Positions 8,803 to 19,653 of a stretch of 64,000 nt of DNA are shown here, piece after piece. Both the position numbers and the translations under genes were made by a program. How positions within the stretch are numbered: position 1 is the stretch's first letter; each line of letters opens with the position of its first letter. The stretch is from a virus. The stretch covers positions 9,506-73,505 of the IMG/VR virus record IMGVR_UViG_3300030685_000353; one strand, written 5' to 3'. The notes beneath the pieces were generated by a model. That model ran no database searches. It was not told the origin of the DNA and saw only the letters and a program-made list of their open reading frames with translations.

Positions 8803-11057
8803 TAATGTGTATATGAAATGTAAGGTAATCTTGATTGTGGAATAGCGTTATCGATTATTATTGCGTTATTTGCATCTTTAACGATATTCTGATTAAGCAC
8901 TAGTGATTGTTTGTCTGTTTCGATCTTCTGTGACCAAATTCTTATGTTAGTTAAATCCATATCAGATGCTGGTATAGTATAATTGTATAGTGAGCTTCTG
9001 TCTTGTTTAACAATATTCTTATCTACTTTACCGTATACTAATTTTAAGTCAGAAGAACCACTCTGTGTTTCCCAGATATTCATAGTTAGTTGTGAAAATA
9101 GATTACTCATACTTACACAGATACTATACCATTTATCAGTACTTAAGTTTGGTTGAGTATTTGGGATAGCATAGAAATAACGTGTATCGTTAAATGTCGC
9201 TTGAACGTATCTTTTACCCCATAATTCTAGTTTTGTACCCTTATTGTTTAACATAGAATCGATGAATACTCTTGGTTGAGAAAGCTCAATGTACCAGCCA
9301 GAAGCAGAAACCCATGATGAGTTCCAAGACGGATAAGACAGATTCAAGTAATTTGCTATTCTATCATCTACATATAATTTTATAGTTGATCGATCAATAA
9401 CTTCTATAATTTTGGCATAAACTTCGATAGATGCATTTGACTTCTGAATAGAAATAAAGTCTCCTATCAGATAATCATGTGGTCTATCTAACGATATTAT
9501 CGTTTCTTTTGAAGCTGGTGAATATGGTGAAGATATACGTATTCCACAAGTAAAACGTTTATTTGAATTTATTCTAAACCAAGTAGAATATGATCTATCA
9601 CTATTTATGTCGAAACTAGATATAGCAGAATACTTTACAGATTCTGGCTGATAGCTTTGTGCTGTGTAATTATTGCATTTGAATATTGATACATCAGTTC
9701 CATCGATATATTCCTCTGCGAACATTTCCATGTTCGATGTATAAAGGAATATGCTAAATATTGGATGATTTGTTTGCAGTGAATTTTTACCTGCATAGAC
9801 TTCGAAATATGGGTGTCTATCTCTGGTAACTCCTACATACTTAAACTTCTTAACTGAACTATGATCATCTAATGATAATGTATTTTTCGGTCTAGCATAA
9901 TATGTCTTATTTATGACTAAAGTTTTCACTATATTATCGGGCAAATCTAATTGGACTATATTCTCCGTCAATGTAGAAGACAATTTATAGAAATGTTCAG
10001 CTATAATCAAATAGTTATTCATAAACTGTTCTTCTATTATATCTGTTAAAGGCGATAAGTAATCTCTAGTTACGTCTGATATAGTAGTAGGTTCAACGAA
10101 CTGCTGAGGATTAGATACTGCTTCTGCTTCTTCTTTTTGTGCAATTCCAAATAATTTTTCTACACTTACTGACATAGATTCCAAGTCATCTAAACTTGAT
10201 GATTGTTCAGAATTACTCTTTGGTTGCCATTTGATAAGCGTGGCTTTAAAATATAAAGGCTCATTCATGAAGTCACGAAATATAGTAGAACTAGATATTT
10301 CATAGATACGATTAGTTCGTGGGAAAAATATCACATCTCGTTTCTGTGGGCCTGAACCTTCACCGAAAATTGATTGAAAGTAATCTTTGTCGATCTGAAT
10401 CTCAAATGGCATTTCAAAGTCTTGACCAAAAGGACCCATATTGAGTTTATTATCTGGGAATGCATTGTTTGGAACTACTATCTTCATGCATTGTTTTTCA
10501 TCATGTTGATAGAGTGAATACTCGAGTAAGTATACGTCTTTAGTTCTACCTTTCGGTAAAGCACGATAGTATTGAACTTCATGACCAAATAGTGAATTGA
10601 CCATTAAGTTCAGATCTTTATATAACCTAACAGCTTTATTTACACGATACGGATCCCATGTAGCACCTGTCTTAAATGTTATAGGAGAGGCTGATATATT
10701 ATCTTGATCTTGTATACTCACATACTCGGATCCACTTAATGCTGGTGCAGGAAATGAATCATATTGCAAGTTGACATTATTAACGGTAACCGGTCCACCA
10801 GACATTAGAATATATCTAAATTGGAACCAGAATGATTTTCCGTTTTCGAAAGGGAGAGTATTTAATGATGGAATATTTAGTTCAGAGTATTCGGAGAATG
10901 TTTCATTATCGTATGAATATCTGAATTCCTTTTTTAGGATAGTCCCTGGAGCATTCGCTACTAAATTTTCTTGTATAGTAGTGAATGTTTTAGGGTTGGC
11001 TATAGGAGCTGCATAAGCTAGTATGACATAATCTCCTGAAGTAATAAGTTCTTGCAA
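8802..11057 (-). CDS. gp14-like neck/head-closure protein with extra domains (C-terminal LamG-like)
   Basis: NSLFGHEVQYY...FGQD...GPQKRDVIFFPRTNRIYEI resembles T4 gp14; beta-rich C-terminus with KWYSICV and NIRIW. Confidence 0.5.
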   Translation of the reverse strand: MQELITSGDYVILAYAAPIANPKTFTTIQENLVANAPGTILKKEFRYSYDNETFSEYSELNIPSLNTLPFENGKSFWFQFRYILMSGGPVTVNNVNLQYDSFPAPALSGSEYVSIQDQDNISASPITFKTGATWDPYRVNKAVRLYKDLNLMVNSLFGHEVQYYRALPKGRTKDVYLLEYSLYQHDEKQCMKIVVPNNAFPDNKLNMGPFGQDFEMPFEIQIDKDYFQSIFGEGSGPQKRDVIFFPRTNRIYEISSSTIFRDFMNEPLYFKATLIKWQPKSNSEQSSSLDDLESMSVSVEKLFGIAQKEEAEAVSNPQQFVEPTTISDVTRDYLSPLTDIIEEQFMNNYLIIAEHFYKLSSTLTENIVQLDLPDNIVKTLVINKTYYARPKNTLSLDDHSSVKKFKYVGVTRDRHPYFEVYAGKNSLQTNHPIFSIFLYTSNMEMFAEEYIDGTDVSIFKCNNYTAQSYQPESVKYSAISSFDINSDRSYSTWFRINSNKRFTCGIRISSPYSPASKETIISLDRPHDYLIGDFISIQKSNASIEVYAKIIEVIDRSTIKLYVDDRIANYLNLSYPSWNSSWVSASGWYIELSQPRVFIDSMLNNKGTKLELWGKRYVQATFNDTRYFYAIPNTQPNLSTDKWYSICVSMSNLFSQLTMNIWETQSGSSDLKLVYGKVDKNIVKQDRSSLYNYTIPASDMDLTNIRIWSQKIETDKQSLVLNQNIVKDANNAIIIDNAIPQSRLPYISYTH

Positions 11058-11124
11058 AGCAATATTATATTTTACTATATATTGAAATGCAAGAAAAGTA
11101 TTCTAAATTTAGAGTGAGGTGAAG

Positions 11125-11556
11125 TTATTTGAAATATCCTTGACTTCGCAAGATTTTTTCTAAATCAATTAACTCGGCAGTGAAGCTGTCTCCGAATGTT
11201 TTAGCAGTATAGTCAAACTCTTTTCTTCCAATTTCCTCTTTTTGACAATACCATTTTATCATTTCTTCAGAAAGACCATTCTTTTTCTTTTCTTCTATGA
11301 CTTTCTTTTTAGTTTTTGCATAAATCCAAGGCGGAACAGTTTTATACATTCTACTCATATTTGCATGCCAGTAATCAGATGTTGCTGCTGCGTTAATTTT
11401 TATATGAGATAAAACAGCTACTTGAACAGGATATTTTATGCTAAGAAATCTCGAAGTCATGAAAAAGTTTCGAGCTTTGTCATTATCCATTACTTCTTTC
11501 CACTGTTTTTCGTTAGCAGTAAATACTAACTTAATATAATCGAACAAGGGTATCAT
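11125..11556 (-). CDS. Possible clamp loader small subunit (gp62-like)
   Basis: LFDYI...FMTSRFLS pattern, suitable size, near the gp44-like gene. Confidence 0.35.
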   Translation of the reverse strand: MIPLFDYIKLVFTANEKQWKEVMDNDKARNFFMTSRFLSIKYPVQVAVLSHIKINAAATSDYWHANMSRMYKTVPPWIYAKTKKKVIEEKKKNGLSEEMIKWYCQKEEIGRKEFDYTAKTFGDSFTAELIDLEKILRSQGYFK

Positions 11557-11559
11557 TTT

Positions 11560-12300
11560 TTAATGTTTTAAAGTTTTAAAAGATTTATTTTCTATTTGTA
11601 TATCGAAATCTCGTATTTGATTTCGAGTAATTCTATTTCTATGTACACCAAAGAAATCAGATGCTTTCTTTATAGAGATAAATTCATAATGTTCATGCTT
11701 CCTATAGACATGAACTGTTACACCCTTATTTCCAGGCTTACGTTTGCTCAATATTTTATCTCTCTGTTCAGCTGTCCAGGATTTCCCTGATAGTGCTTCA
11801 GATAAATGTTTACAGTGTTCAAGAGTTCGCGGAGGTAGTTTTATACCAAGATGTGAATTTCGCAATTTGTCTTTAGCTTCGTCAGTATGTGTTTTATTGT
11901 ACATCCCATTTTTATAGCCTGACACTTTCTCACTTATCAATGTTCTAAGTTTTTCTATATCAGCCGGAAGTCTATCTTTTGACCACCCATTCCTGAAATT
12001 TTTCACGAATTTAGATAGATTACCTCCTTGACCACCTGATACAAGGTTGTAACTCATCTTGTCATTTACTGCATCAGTTTGCTCTATCCATATAGCTTCT
12101 CTCTGAGAAAGTTGTTCAAGGGTTTCGCACTCTTCTAATATTTCCTTCTTAAAATTTTCTTTGCCATATTTCTTAATAGCAGACAAGATTGCAGTACCTG
12201 AACCCAGATACCCGTAATAGTTTTTAGCATCTTTCCCTATGTACCATTTGCCGTTTATTTGATTTACAGTTTTGTATATGACCATACCTTTATAGAACAC
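11560..12300 (-). CDS. GIY-YIG homing endonuclease with NUMOD3-type repeats
   Basis: VIYKTVNQINGKWYIG, YLGSG, KYGKENFKKEILE, YNL..GG.GG, then GMYNKTHTDEAKDKL; free-standing. Confidence 0.9.
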   Translation of the reverse strand: MFYKGMVIYKTVNQINGKWYIGKDAKNYYGYLGSGTAILSAIKKYGKENFKKEILEECETLEQLSQREAIWIEQTDAVNDKMSYNLVSGGQGGNLSKFVKNFRNGWSKDRLPADIEKLRTLISEKVSGYKNGMYNKTHTDEAKDKLRNSHLGIKLPPRTLEHCKHLSEALSGKSWTAEQRDKILSKRKPGNKGVTVHVYRKHEHYEFISIKKASDFFGVHRNRITRNQIRDFDIQIENKSFKTLKH

Positions 12301-12348
12301 AAAAGGGAGAAGTTTTAATTTCTCCCTACAAAATTTATTATGAAAGGT

Positions 12349-12684
12349 TTATAGTCCGAAAAGTTTCTGTCCAAATATAGAAATAACAGTTAATGCAAAC
12401 TGAACTATAGCAAATATTGTAACTGCTTTCGTTTTAAATGTTTTCAGATCATCGATCTCTTTCACCATTGCTGCTAATTGAGTAGTCGATATAACTTCAT
12501 CCATTTTTTGTTTCCACTGTCTTAATTCATCAACTTTGTCTTCGCGATCTTTCATAATCGCAAGCTCCTTTTTGATGTCTTGTATTTCTGCATTTAGCTC
12601 AACTATACCTTTCGATAAGGTTTCTAACTCCTTAAGAACGAGTCTTGAATATTCGTTCCACCCGTTTTGTCCATTTTCAGCCAT
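12349..12684 (-). CDS. Coiled-coil protein with C-terminal transmembrane helix
   Basis: Heptad pattern followed by AVTIFAIVQFALTVISIF. Confidence 0.6.
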   Translation of the reverse strand: MAENGQNGWNEYSRLVLKELETLSKGIVELNAEIQDIKKELAIMKDREDKVDELRQWKQKMDEVISTTQLAAMVKEIDDLKTFKTKAVTIFAIVQFALTVISIFGQKLFGL

Positions 12685-12761
12685 TACATAAACTAATTTT
12701 ACTTACTATTTATTTGCATCTACTAGTAATTTTCGATACGCATACGATAGTTAAGGTAAAA

Positions 12762-13136
12762 TTAGAATAATTCATGTATTTTTTGTTTACAGAGATAAAC
12801 TTCCGTATATTTAACAATCAGAGCTTCTATAGTATCTATTTTATACATTTTTCGTGTATTAGACAATGCCGATAAGATATCGCCATGACAGGATATGTTT
12901 CTATGTGGCTTCTTACAAAAACAACCTAGAACTTTGTCTTCTAATTCAAATAGAGAAGATAAAAGCTCTTGGTTATGTAAAATGTAATCCTCGTATTTAG
13001 ATATAGCTTCTGTTCGTGTCTTAACTTTATATGCAGCTAGGGTATGATCTTTATGTGAATAAGGATTTCCCCATTTTGATCCTCTACCGATGTAGATATC
13101 ATAAGCGTCATATCTTAAGTTGACAACAGTTGTCAT
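12762..13136 (-). CDS. DUF4326 family protein
   Basis: YDIYIGRGSKWGNPY...LGCFC...CHGDIL signature. Confidence 0.85.
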   Translation of the reverse strand: MTTVVNLRYDAYDIYIGRGSKWGNPYSHKDHTLAAYKVKTRTEAISKYEDYILHNQELLSSLFELEDKVLGCFCKKPHRNISCHGDILSALSNTRKMYKIDTIEALIVKYTEVYLCKQKIHELF

Positions 13137-14089
13137 TTAACTGATAAAATAGATTGTATTTTGAATATACACGATAACATCGAAATAGTAGGATCAATTA
13201 CTTGTATACGCTGTGCTTGATGAGCTGCAATTTCGTAGATTATTTGTGGAATCGTATTTGTTTTATGCGGATACTTTTCAAATATCCATTTCGGTAATTC
13301 TTCTCCTAATGCTCCTAGTACATCTTCTACTCTTGAAGAATATTGTCCAATTAGAAAGATGTAATTGTTATAAGGATCGGGTGTAGATGCACATAGATTG
13401 AATACATCTTCGAATGACCATTCAGTCTTTAAGATTGCTTCCTGTGTAAGTTTCTTGACACCGGAAATTTGAATCGTTTGAATTTTATTGAACAATTTTC
13501 GCATGTCAGGAAAACTACGTTTTACTAATTCATGTACTGCTCCTTCCTCAGATTCAATTTTTAATTTGGTTAATACTGTAGTAGCTCTAGCTTTTATCTG
13601 AACGAATACTTCTTGTTCTTCTTCTGCATCTACATAATCAAAATTGACAGAAGTAAATCTAGAAAGAATAGCTTCTGGAATTTTATTTATATAGTTAGTA
13701 GTAGCAACAAATCTTGCTTGTTCCGCAAATTTCTCAATTGTACCACGTAATGCTTTGAAGAACTGATCAGATACCCCTTCAATTTCATCTAGAATGATAA
13801 CTTTAAATGCTTCTTCTCCATCCATTACAGATATAGTCGAACAGAATTTATTTATAGTTTCTCTTACTACATCCACAGATGTTTCATCTGAACAGTTAAT
13901 GTATTTATGTGGATGTTTACTTGCTAATATCTTAGCTGTACTCGTTTTTCCTTGACCCGGTCCACCGTGAAAAAGATAATTTTGTTTAAGTTCACCACTT
14001 CCTATAATATCGCGGATACGTTTAGGTAAGATGAGTTGTTCAATTTGTTTAGGGCGTAAAATTTCTGTAAGTAATCTATTGTTGCTCAT
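13133..14089 (-). CDS. Sliding clamp loader AAA+ subunit (T4 gp44 / RFC-like)
   Basis: RP, GGPGQGKT, NCSDETSVD, IILDE, ALRGTIE, SRF, FPDMRK motifs. Confidence 0.92.
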   Translation of the reverse strand: MSNNRLLTEILRPKQIEQLILPKRIRDIIGSGELKQNYLFHGGPGQGKTSTAKILASKHPHKYINCSDETSVDVVRETINKFCSTISVMDGEEAFKVIILDEIEGVSDQFFKALRGTIEKFAEQARFVATTNYINKIPEAILSRFTSVNFDYVDAEEEQEVFVQIKARATTVLTKLKIESEEGAVHELVKRSFPDMRKLFNKIQTIQISGVKKLTQEAILKTEWSFEDVFNLCASTPDPYNNYIFLIGQYSSRVEDVLGALGEELPKWIFEKYPHKTNTIPQIIYEIAAHQAQRIQVIDPTISMLSCIFKIQSILSVK

Positions 14090-14156
14090 TTAAAAAATAT
14101 TTAGAGTTTTCTTTTATTAGATAAAAATAAAAGAAAGTTTAGTGTTTATTTTTTGT

Positions 14157-14336
14157 TTATTGATACGATAAATCAAAACCTTCTAGATTTTCAACGATTA
14201 AATCTTCAAGTAAAAATTTATCTGTATGTAATGTTTGCTCTACGAACCATACACAATAAGCATACCCATCTAGGATATGATCTAGTGTCATAATCGGACC
14301 GCCTGAGCGATGAATAACAAGACTTCCTTCATTCAT
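14157..14336 (-). CDS. YodC/DUF2158-like small protein (59 aa, not in ORF track)
   Basis: My translation MNEGSLVIHRSGGPIMTL...YCVWF contains the SGGPxMT and CxWF signature. Confidence 0.7.
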   Translation of the reverse strand: MNEGSLVIHRSGGPIMTLDHILDGYAYCVWFVEQTLHTDKFLLEDLIVENLEGFDLSYQ

Positions 14337-14385
14337 AAATAAATTGGTTTTGTTTTATATATCGGCACTGTTAAGTACAGCTCAA

Positions 14386-14754
14386 TTATTTCTCTGTGTT
14401 ACTTGGTGGTGGAGAATCAGGTGTGTTGAATATTTGCATCATAATTTCGACAAGGCCGAATATAGTAGAAAACATGTGATTAGATCTGTTCCCTTCGCTA
14501 TCTATTATTATTGCAGCCCATTTACTTTCTCCAGTTAGTTCAGGCGGAAATAGACACAATTCTTTATCACCAATGCCAAATCTATGAGGCCCTGGATTTG
14601 CTAAGATGAATTTACCATCTTGTTGCAAAATTTCTATTTCATTATCTATTACTCGCTTGGCATCACTCATAAATTTATCCGAGTGGATAACTATCTTCTT
14701 ATCTGTACACTCTGAGTGAAAAAGTGTAAGCATTGCTAATGATTCAATAAACAT
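14386..14754 (-). CDS. Hypothetical protein
   Basis: ATG ORF in a co-directional gene run. Confidence 0.5.
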   Translation of the reverse strand: MFIESLAMLTLFHSECTDKKIVIHSDKFMSDAKRVIDNEIEILQQDGKFILANPGPHRFGIGDKELCLFPPELTGESKWAAIIIDSEGNRSNHMFSTIFGLVEIMMQIFNTPDSPPPSNTEK

Positions 14755-14948
14755 GGAAAAATTTTTTTAATTCTGTGTCGTCTTTACTTATAAAGTATTC
14801 ATCATATAGTTTCTTAAAATCCCATGCAAATGAATCTTCAAATAAAAGTGCATCGGCCCTTAATAAATTGTTCAACCCGTCTACTCCATTTGATTCATAA
14901 GCAGATTTAAGTATTTCTGCATTTATATAGCGTTTATTAAAGCTCATT

Positions 14949-15239
14949 TTACCATAATTTATTTTCAGTATTCGGACATTGTTGATCAGTAAGTGATGTT
15001 TTAGCATGTAAGAACCCTCCGCTACCATAAGTGCATTTTTCTTTATTCAATACTATTTTACAAAATGAACATGTTCTGCATAATTCTAAACGTTCATTTT
15101 GTATTTCTGCTATTACTAGCGGTGTATGAACTATGTCATTCTCAACGCGGATAGAATGAATACCTGAAGATATAATTTTTATATCATTATTATCACTATT
15201 GAAGGTGAATGATTCAGAGTTATTGCAATTACATCCCAT
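14949..15239 (-). CDS. Small Cys-rich protein
   Basis: MGCNC...RLELCRTC...C...CP...W; late-like GTATATAAAC upstream. Confidence 0.55.
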   Translation of the reverse strand: MGCNCNNSESFTFNSDNNDIKIISSGIHSIRVENDIVHTPLVIAEIQNERLELCRTCSFCKIVLNKEKCTYGSGGFLHAKTSLTDQQCPNTENKLW

Positions 15240-15271
15240 ATATGTGTTTATATACTTATTTTATGCTAAAA

Positions 15272-16132
15272 TCATATCAGATATGTATCTAGATCATACG
15301 ACAGAGCATTTTTTAAAATATCGCTTCCGAGAATAGAAATAGCTATTGCTGCAGCTATTCTAGAATTAAATAGACCAGGTTGACCAGAATTTTTAGTATA
15401 AGCTGATATGTACGGTTCACCGTCATCATTTAACGATATTTCAGATATCGTTCGCTTATCGCATTTTGACAATACACTTGCTATCCTACGTATACGTTTT
15501 CTATTCTTCAATTTTTCTATCTCAGATAGAGCTATTTCTATTTCACCAAATTCTAATGCTCCTCCACTTACTGACCACCCATCTTCATGAAATTCCTCAC
15601 CTTTATCTTCGATACTAATTTGTAATTTATAACGAAGACTCGATGTGTCGTCAGATATGAAAGAAGATTTAGCAAGCTCATACATATAGTCAGGTATAAA
15701 CTCTATCAAGTCTTCTTTTTGCGTTTTAAAAAATTTACGTTCAGGCGTATTGATGTCTAAAAAGACATATAGCATTTTATGACGTAATCTGTCATATTCC
15801 ATACCCTGTAGTATCAATGGGTAATCTTTATCTTTTACTGTAAATACTTTACCGTTTTCCCAGCCTTTATTTTTTCTATACGGAATATAGAAATCATAAG
15901 TCTGTTCGAATGAAGCTAATGAAAACGTATCAGCTGATACGTTTTCATATAGTGTATTTCCATTTATGTCTTCTACCCAAATCTTCTTTTTGTAGGTTCC
16001 TTCTACTCTTGTAACAATACAAAGATTTTGATCATCATCTAGTAAAATGTCATTTAATCTTGGAGTATGCCATTCTCTTAATGACCAGTCTTTATTTATT
16101 ACATCTTTACTTGCACGATCTTGTTTTAACAT
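15272..16132 (-). CDS. Hypothetical protein
   Basis: 286-aa ORF translationally coupled to the upstream gene. Confidence 0.65.
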   Translation of the reverse strand: MLKQDRASKDVINKDWSLREWHTPRLNDILLDDDQNLCIVTRVEGTYKKKIWVEDINGNTLYENVSADTFSLASFEQTYDFYIPYRKNKGWENGKVFTVKDKDYPLILQGMEYDRLRHKMLYVFLDINTPERKFFKTQKEDLIEFIPDYMYELAKSSFISDDTSSLRYKLQISIEDKGEEFHEDGWSVSGGALEFGEIEIALSEIEKLKNRKRIRRIASVLSKCDKRTISEISLNDDGEPYISAYTKNSGQPGLFNSRIAAAIAISILGSDILKNALSYDLDTYLI

Positions 16133-16554
16133 TAGAATCCAAACTTTCTGCTCATTATTAATCCTCTATGCGCCTGACGTTCCTCAGCTGTCTTAAAAAT
16201 CTTAGAGCCTATTTTTTCCCACCCTTTTAGCTCTTGGTTAGCTCGTTTAATAACTTTATTTATGCATTTTATGATCGAAGCATCACCATCTTCATCTACT
16301 ACACCTACATATTGACGATCTCCAGTCCAGATAGTATATTTTACTGGTTCTTTTACTTCATCATTTTTATGATATATCATGATTTTAAATGCGATATCTT
16401 TTGGAATATCTCCATGAGGCGATATAATTACATCTTCATGAAACTTAAATGTTATAGTACCATTTTTCTCCTGTCTTTTAGTAGAAGCGTAAACTAATCC
16501 TAAAGCTAGAAGCTTATCATATTCTTTAAATTTCGTGAGCTGATCGATATTCAT
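16132..16554 (-). CDS. Hypothetical protein (STxRQxKNGT family) with KFGF tag
   Basis: EYDKLLALGLVYASTKRQEKNGT; ends AHRGLIMSRKFGF. Confidence 0.7.
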   Translation of the reverse strand: MNIDQLTKFKEYDKLLALGLVYASTKRQEKNGTITFKFHEDVIISPHGDIPKDIAFKIMIYHKNDEVKEPVKYTIWTGDRQYVGVVDEDGDASIIKCINKVIKRANQELKGWEKIGSKIFKTAEERQAHRGLIMSRKFGF

Positions 16555-16568
16555 TACATATTGTTATT

Positions 16569-17822
16569 TTAAAATAGAGCTGAAGAACCCGAGTTTGCTC
16601 CTTTAGATGTACCAAGTTTTATGCCAGATGTTACTGGCTTGCCTAATACTCCAACATTATCTTCTGCTCCAACAAATGATCCACCATATCCCTGAGGTAC
16701 AAAGCTTTTCTTATCAGTCCACCAATGTGTTCCTTCTAAGATTTGCTCTCTTGCCATATTAATAGGAGAAGATGTTATTTCATTCGATATAAGTATGAAT
16801 GCATTTTGTATTTCTTTCGGGATAACGTCGAAATTAAGTATAACGAGTGTAATGTTTCTGTGTATAAGTTTTTGAATATCGTCTTTCTTATAGACAATTC
16901 CGTTAGATTTATATACAGTATTCACTGCATCTACAAAAAATTCTGTCATTTCTCCAGATTGAAGATTCTGCCAAGTAACAGGAGATAAAGTAGCTAATGC
17001 CTTATCTAATTTGGAATCAGTCATTCCACGTGTTTTTGTAACGTCTTTTTTATCTATCCATGTGATTACTCCTGGTACTGCATCACCACCGTCTCCTAAG
17101 ATAACTTTACGTGTTGCTACTCTATCAGGATCAGTAATCTGATGATCATTGTGACTAAGCAATATGTCTAAAATGTTGCTTGTTCCTGCCCAACTTTCTG
17201 GATTAAATAAATTGAACAAATCGTCACCGGTAGTATCATTTTCAACATCATTTACAAGTCTAGAATCATAAGTTTCTTGTGTTAATATGATTCTTCTTCT
17301 ATTTGATACTGGATCTAAAACGATAGTAAACGATCCGTTTTTATGAGTCTGAATACACTGGTGTAAATCTCGGTCACCTGTAACAAGCATTACAGATTCT
17401 CCTATGTCATTAAGTCTTCTTGACCATAAAAACAAAAGATCATCAGCTTCTGCATCTTTAACCTTTGATATTATATATCCTTTAGATTGTAAAATTTCAC
17501 CAAACTCGTTCGTTAATTCATAGAATGAAGTCCAATCTATTGTAGGTTTTTCTTCATCATGGGCCCGGTTACTTTTATATCCTCCTCCGTCTATCGGAAT
17601 CTTTTTCCTCCATGAGTTAGAGTCTAAGCACACTATAACTCTATTTACATTTTCTATTGATTTGACTAATGCAGCAAAATCAGTAGCAAGCTTTCTAATA
17701 AAAACTCCCTTGGAATCATCAGATTCCAAGAGAAGTTGTCCTTTTTTTACACCGTAATTACCAATCGTAAATAAAGTTCTATAAAATATGCCACTTGCGT
17801 CTATAACAAGATTTAATTTCAT
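16569..17822 (-). CDS. rnh: 5'-3' exonuclease / RNase H (T4 rnh, PIN/FEN family)
   Basis: LVIDAS, SWRK, YKSNR, EADD, TGDRDLHQ, ILGDGGDAVPG. Confidence 0.88.
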   Translation of the reverse strand: MKLNLVIDASGIFYRTLFTIGNYGVKKGQLLLESDDSKGVFIRKLATDFAALVKSIENVNRVIVCLDSNSWRKKIPIDGGGYKSNRAHDEEKPTIDWTSFYELTNEFGEILQSKGYIISKVKDAEADDLLFLWSRRLNDIGESVMLVTGDRDLHQCIQTHKNGSFTIVLDPVSNRRRIILTQETYDSRLVNDVENDTTGDDLFNLFNPESWAGTSNILDILLSHNDHQITDPDRVATRKVILGDGGDAVPGVITWIDKKDVTKTRGMTDSKLDKALATLSPVTWQNLQSGEMTEFFVDAVNTVYKSNGIVYKKDDIQKLIHRNITLVILNFDVIPKEIQNAFILISNEITSSPINMAREQILEGTHWWTDKKSFVPQGYGGSFVGAEDNVGVLGKPVTSGIKLGTSKGANSGSSALF

Positions 17823-17829
17823 GATGTGA

Positions 17830-18522
17830 TCATTTTTTTTCTTGCATCTTCTTTAGAGATGATCTTAATATTTGATTAATTCTTGTAGTAGTGAGGGAAA
17901 AATGTTCTGCTATTTCTTTAACGTCCATTTCTTCCTTACCGTTCAGGCCATATGCCATTTCTACAACTTCACGTTCTTTCGGTTTTAGTTCATCGAGAAA
18001 TGTATTAACTTTTCTACAAGTTAATTCATCTTCTTCTCTACGAAAGATATCGAGTTTCTGATCTTTATCTTGAATAGTATCAGCTAATGTGTTACCATCT
18101 TCGTTTGGTCGGTCTATTTGAACTTCAGAATATGTGTAGTCAATTCTACCGTCTTTCATAAGTTCAGAAATATGTTCAGGTAATCTAACAACCCGGTTAT
18201 TATGCATACAGTTACGTATGATGGATTGTTTAATATACCAAGATGCACATGTAGTAAAAGATGCACCTTTTTCTGGTTGCCATTTTTCTAAGGCAGTAAT
18301 TAAACCGGCATTACCTTCACCTAACAAATCATGAAATTCGACACCTTTTCCGATGAATCCTCTTGCTATACTTACTACTAATAAAAGATGATTTTTGAAT
18401 AACTTTTCTTTAGCTGCTGTGTTACCAGTTAAAGCTTCTAATGCAATTGCATGAGTTTCTTCTTTAGTTAATCCCTTGTTGTGACGAATTTCTTCAAAGT
18501 AAGTTTTTGTAATGTCTAACAT
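17830..18522 (-). CDS. Phage-encoded sigma70-family RNA polymerase sigma factor
   Basis: HLLLVVSIAR, DLLGEGNAGLITALEK, SWYIKQSI, VVRLP, region 4 HTH EIAEHFSLTTTRINQI. Start moved to MLDI because the longer start lies inside the promoter element. Confidence 0.9.
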   Translation of the reverse strand: MLDITKTYFEEIRHNKGLTKEETHAIALEALTGNTAAKEKLFKNHLLLVVSIARGFIGKGVEFHDLLGEGNAGLITALEKWQPEKGASFTTCASWYIKQSIIRNCMHNNRVVRLPEHISELMKDGRIDYTYSEVQIDRPNEDGNTLADTIQDKDQKLDIFRREEDELTCRKVNTFLDELKPKEREVVEMAYGLNGKEEMDVKEIAEHFSLTTTRINQILRSSLKKMQEKK

Positions 18523-19202
18523 AATTTTATTAATTTTTGATTGATTTATGATACAAAAATAATACAATAATATCGATTAGAAAAATGTGGATGATATTTT
18601 TTTAATTTTCTTTCCATAATAAATCATCTATATTATCACGGATAATGGCATTAAATTCTGGTTCTAATTCTATTGAATCATTAACAATCTTTGATGCTAA
18701 TTTAGTTAGTCGAGTTTCAAATTCCTCAGATAATATCGGTAAAAATAATTCCATTATACAATATGCTTAATTAATGTTAGAATGCCCCAAGTTATGAAAT
18801 AGAAAAAAGCTGTGGAAATTCCAGTTAATAGGAATTTTATAAATTCGAATTGCCTAACATACCGTTCACCCTTGATAGTTAATCTATACCAACGACTGAA
18901 GCATGTAAGAATAAGAATTACGTACCAAACAGATGGATTAATCATTCGACCTTTTAAGTAATTTATACCACACGGTAACTATTTCCCTTTTTTCCTCTTG
19001 TAAAACATATTCATATATCTCTATCATATCTTCCAGTAATGAAATATGTTTAGTTCTTTCCATCATAGATTTCATGTCCGGATTTGACCAATAATCAATG
19101 GGAATTTTAATAAGTTGATCATATAGTTGATCATATTCTGTGACTAATTCTGCTATAGCATCCGGTCCTAAAACTTGTAGCATGCTAAAATCACTTACTG
19201 TA

Positions 19203-19628
19203 TTAGATTGATTGTTCGTCATTTTCTTCTTCAATTTCAGGGGTTTCGTAATCGTTAGATGGAATTTCCATTTCTTCATCAATCTCAATTTCAATTTCAG
19301 CTTCTTCCACTTTTTCTTTACTTTTCTCCTTATCGAGTTTGTTCAGTTGCCGTTCTGAAAGATATACTGTACGTTTCTTAGATAATAAAGCATCTTGAAC
19401 TGTACGATATTCAATTGCCCAAAGAGTATGATCATCCGATTTCCAGCAACTTAATTCTTTATCGTTGACTTTACCTTGTAATTTATACTCGGTAGTTTTG
19501 ATCATGAATGGTACTCCCACATGCTCCATCTTCACATCCATCGCTCTGATAAATTTTTGGCAATCTTGCCAGAAATCTTTTGAAAATAACTCTAATAACG
19601 AATCTGAGTACACATTAATTTTTCTCAT
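19203..19628 (-). CDS. Hypothetical protein with acidic tail
   Basis: ATG ORF, Glu-rich C-terminus. Confidence 0.55.
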   Translation of the reverse strand: MRKINVYSDSLLELFSKDFWQDCQKFIRAMDVKMEHVGVPFMIKTTEYKLQGKVNDKELSCWKSDDHTLWAIEYRTVQDALLSKKRTVYLSERQLNKLDKEKSKEKVEEAEIEIEIDEEMEIPSNDYETPEIEEENDEQSI

Positions 19629-19653
19629 ATAACTGTTTGTTTAATTTTTATTG

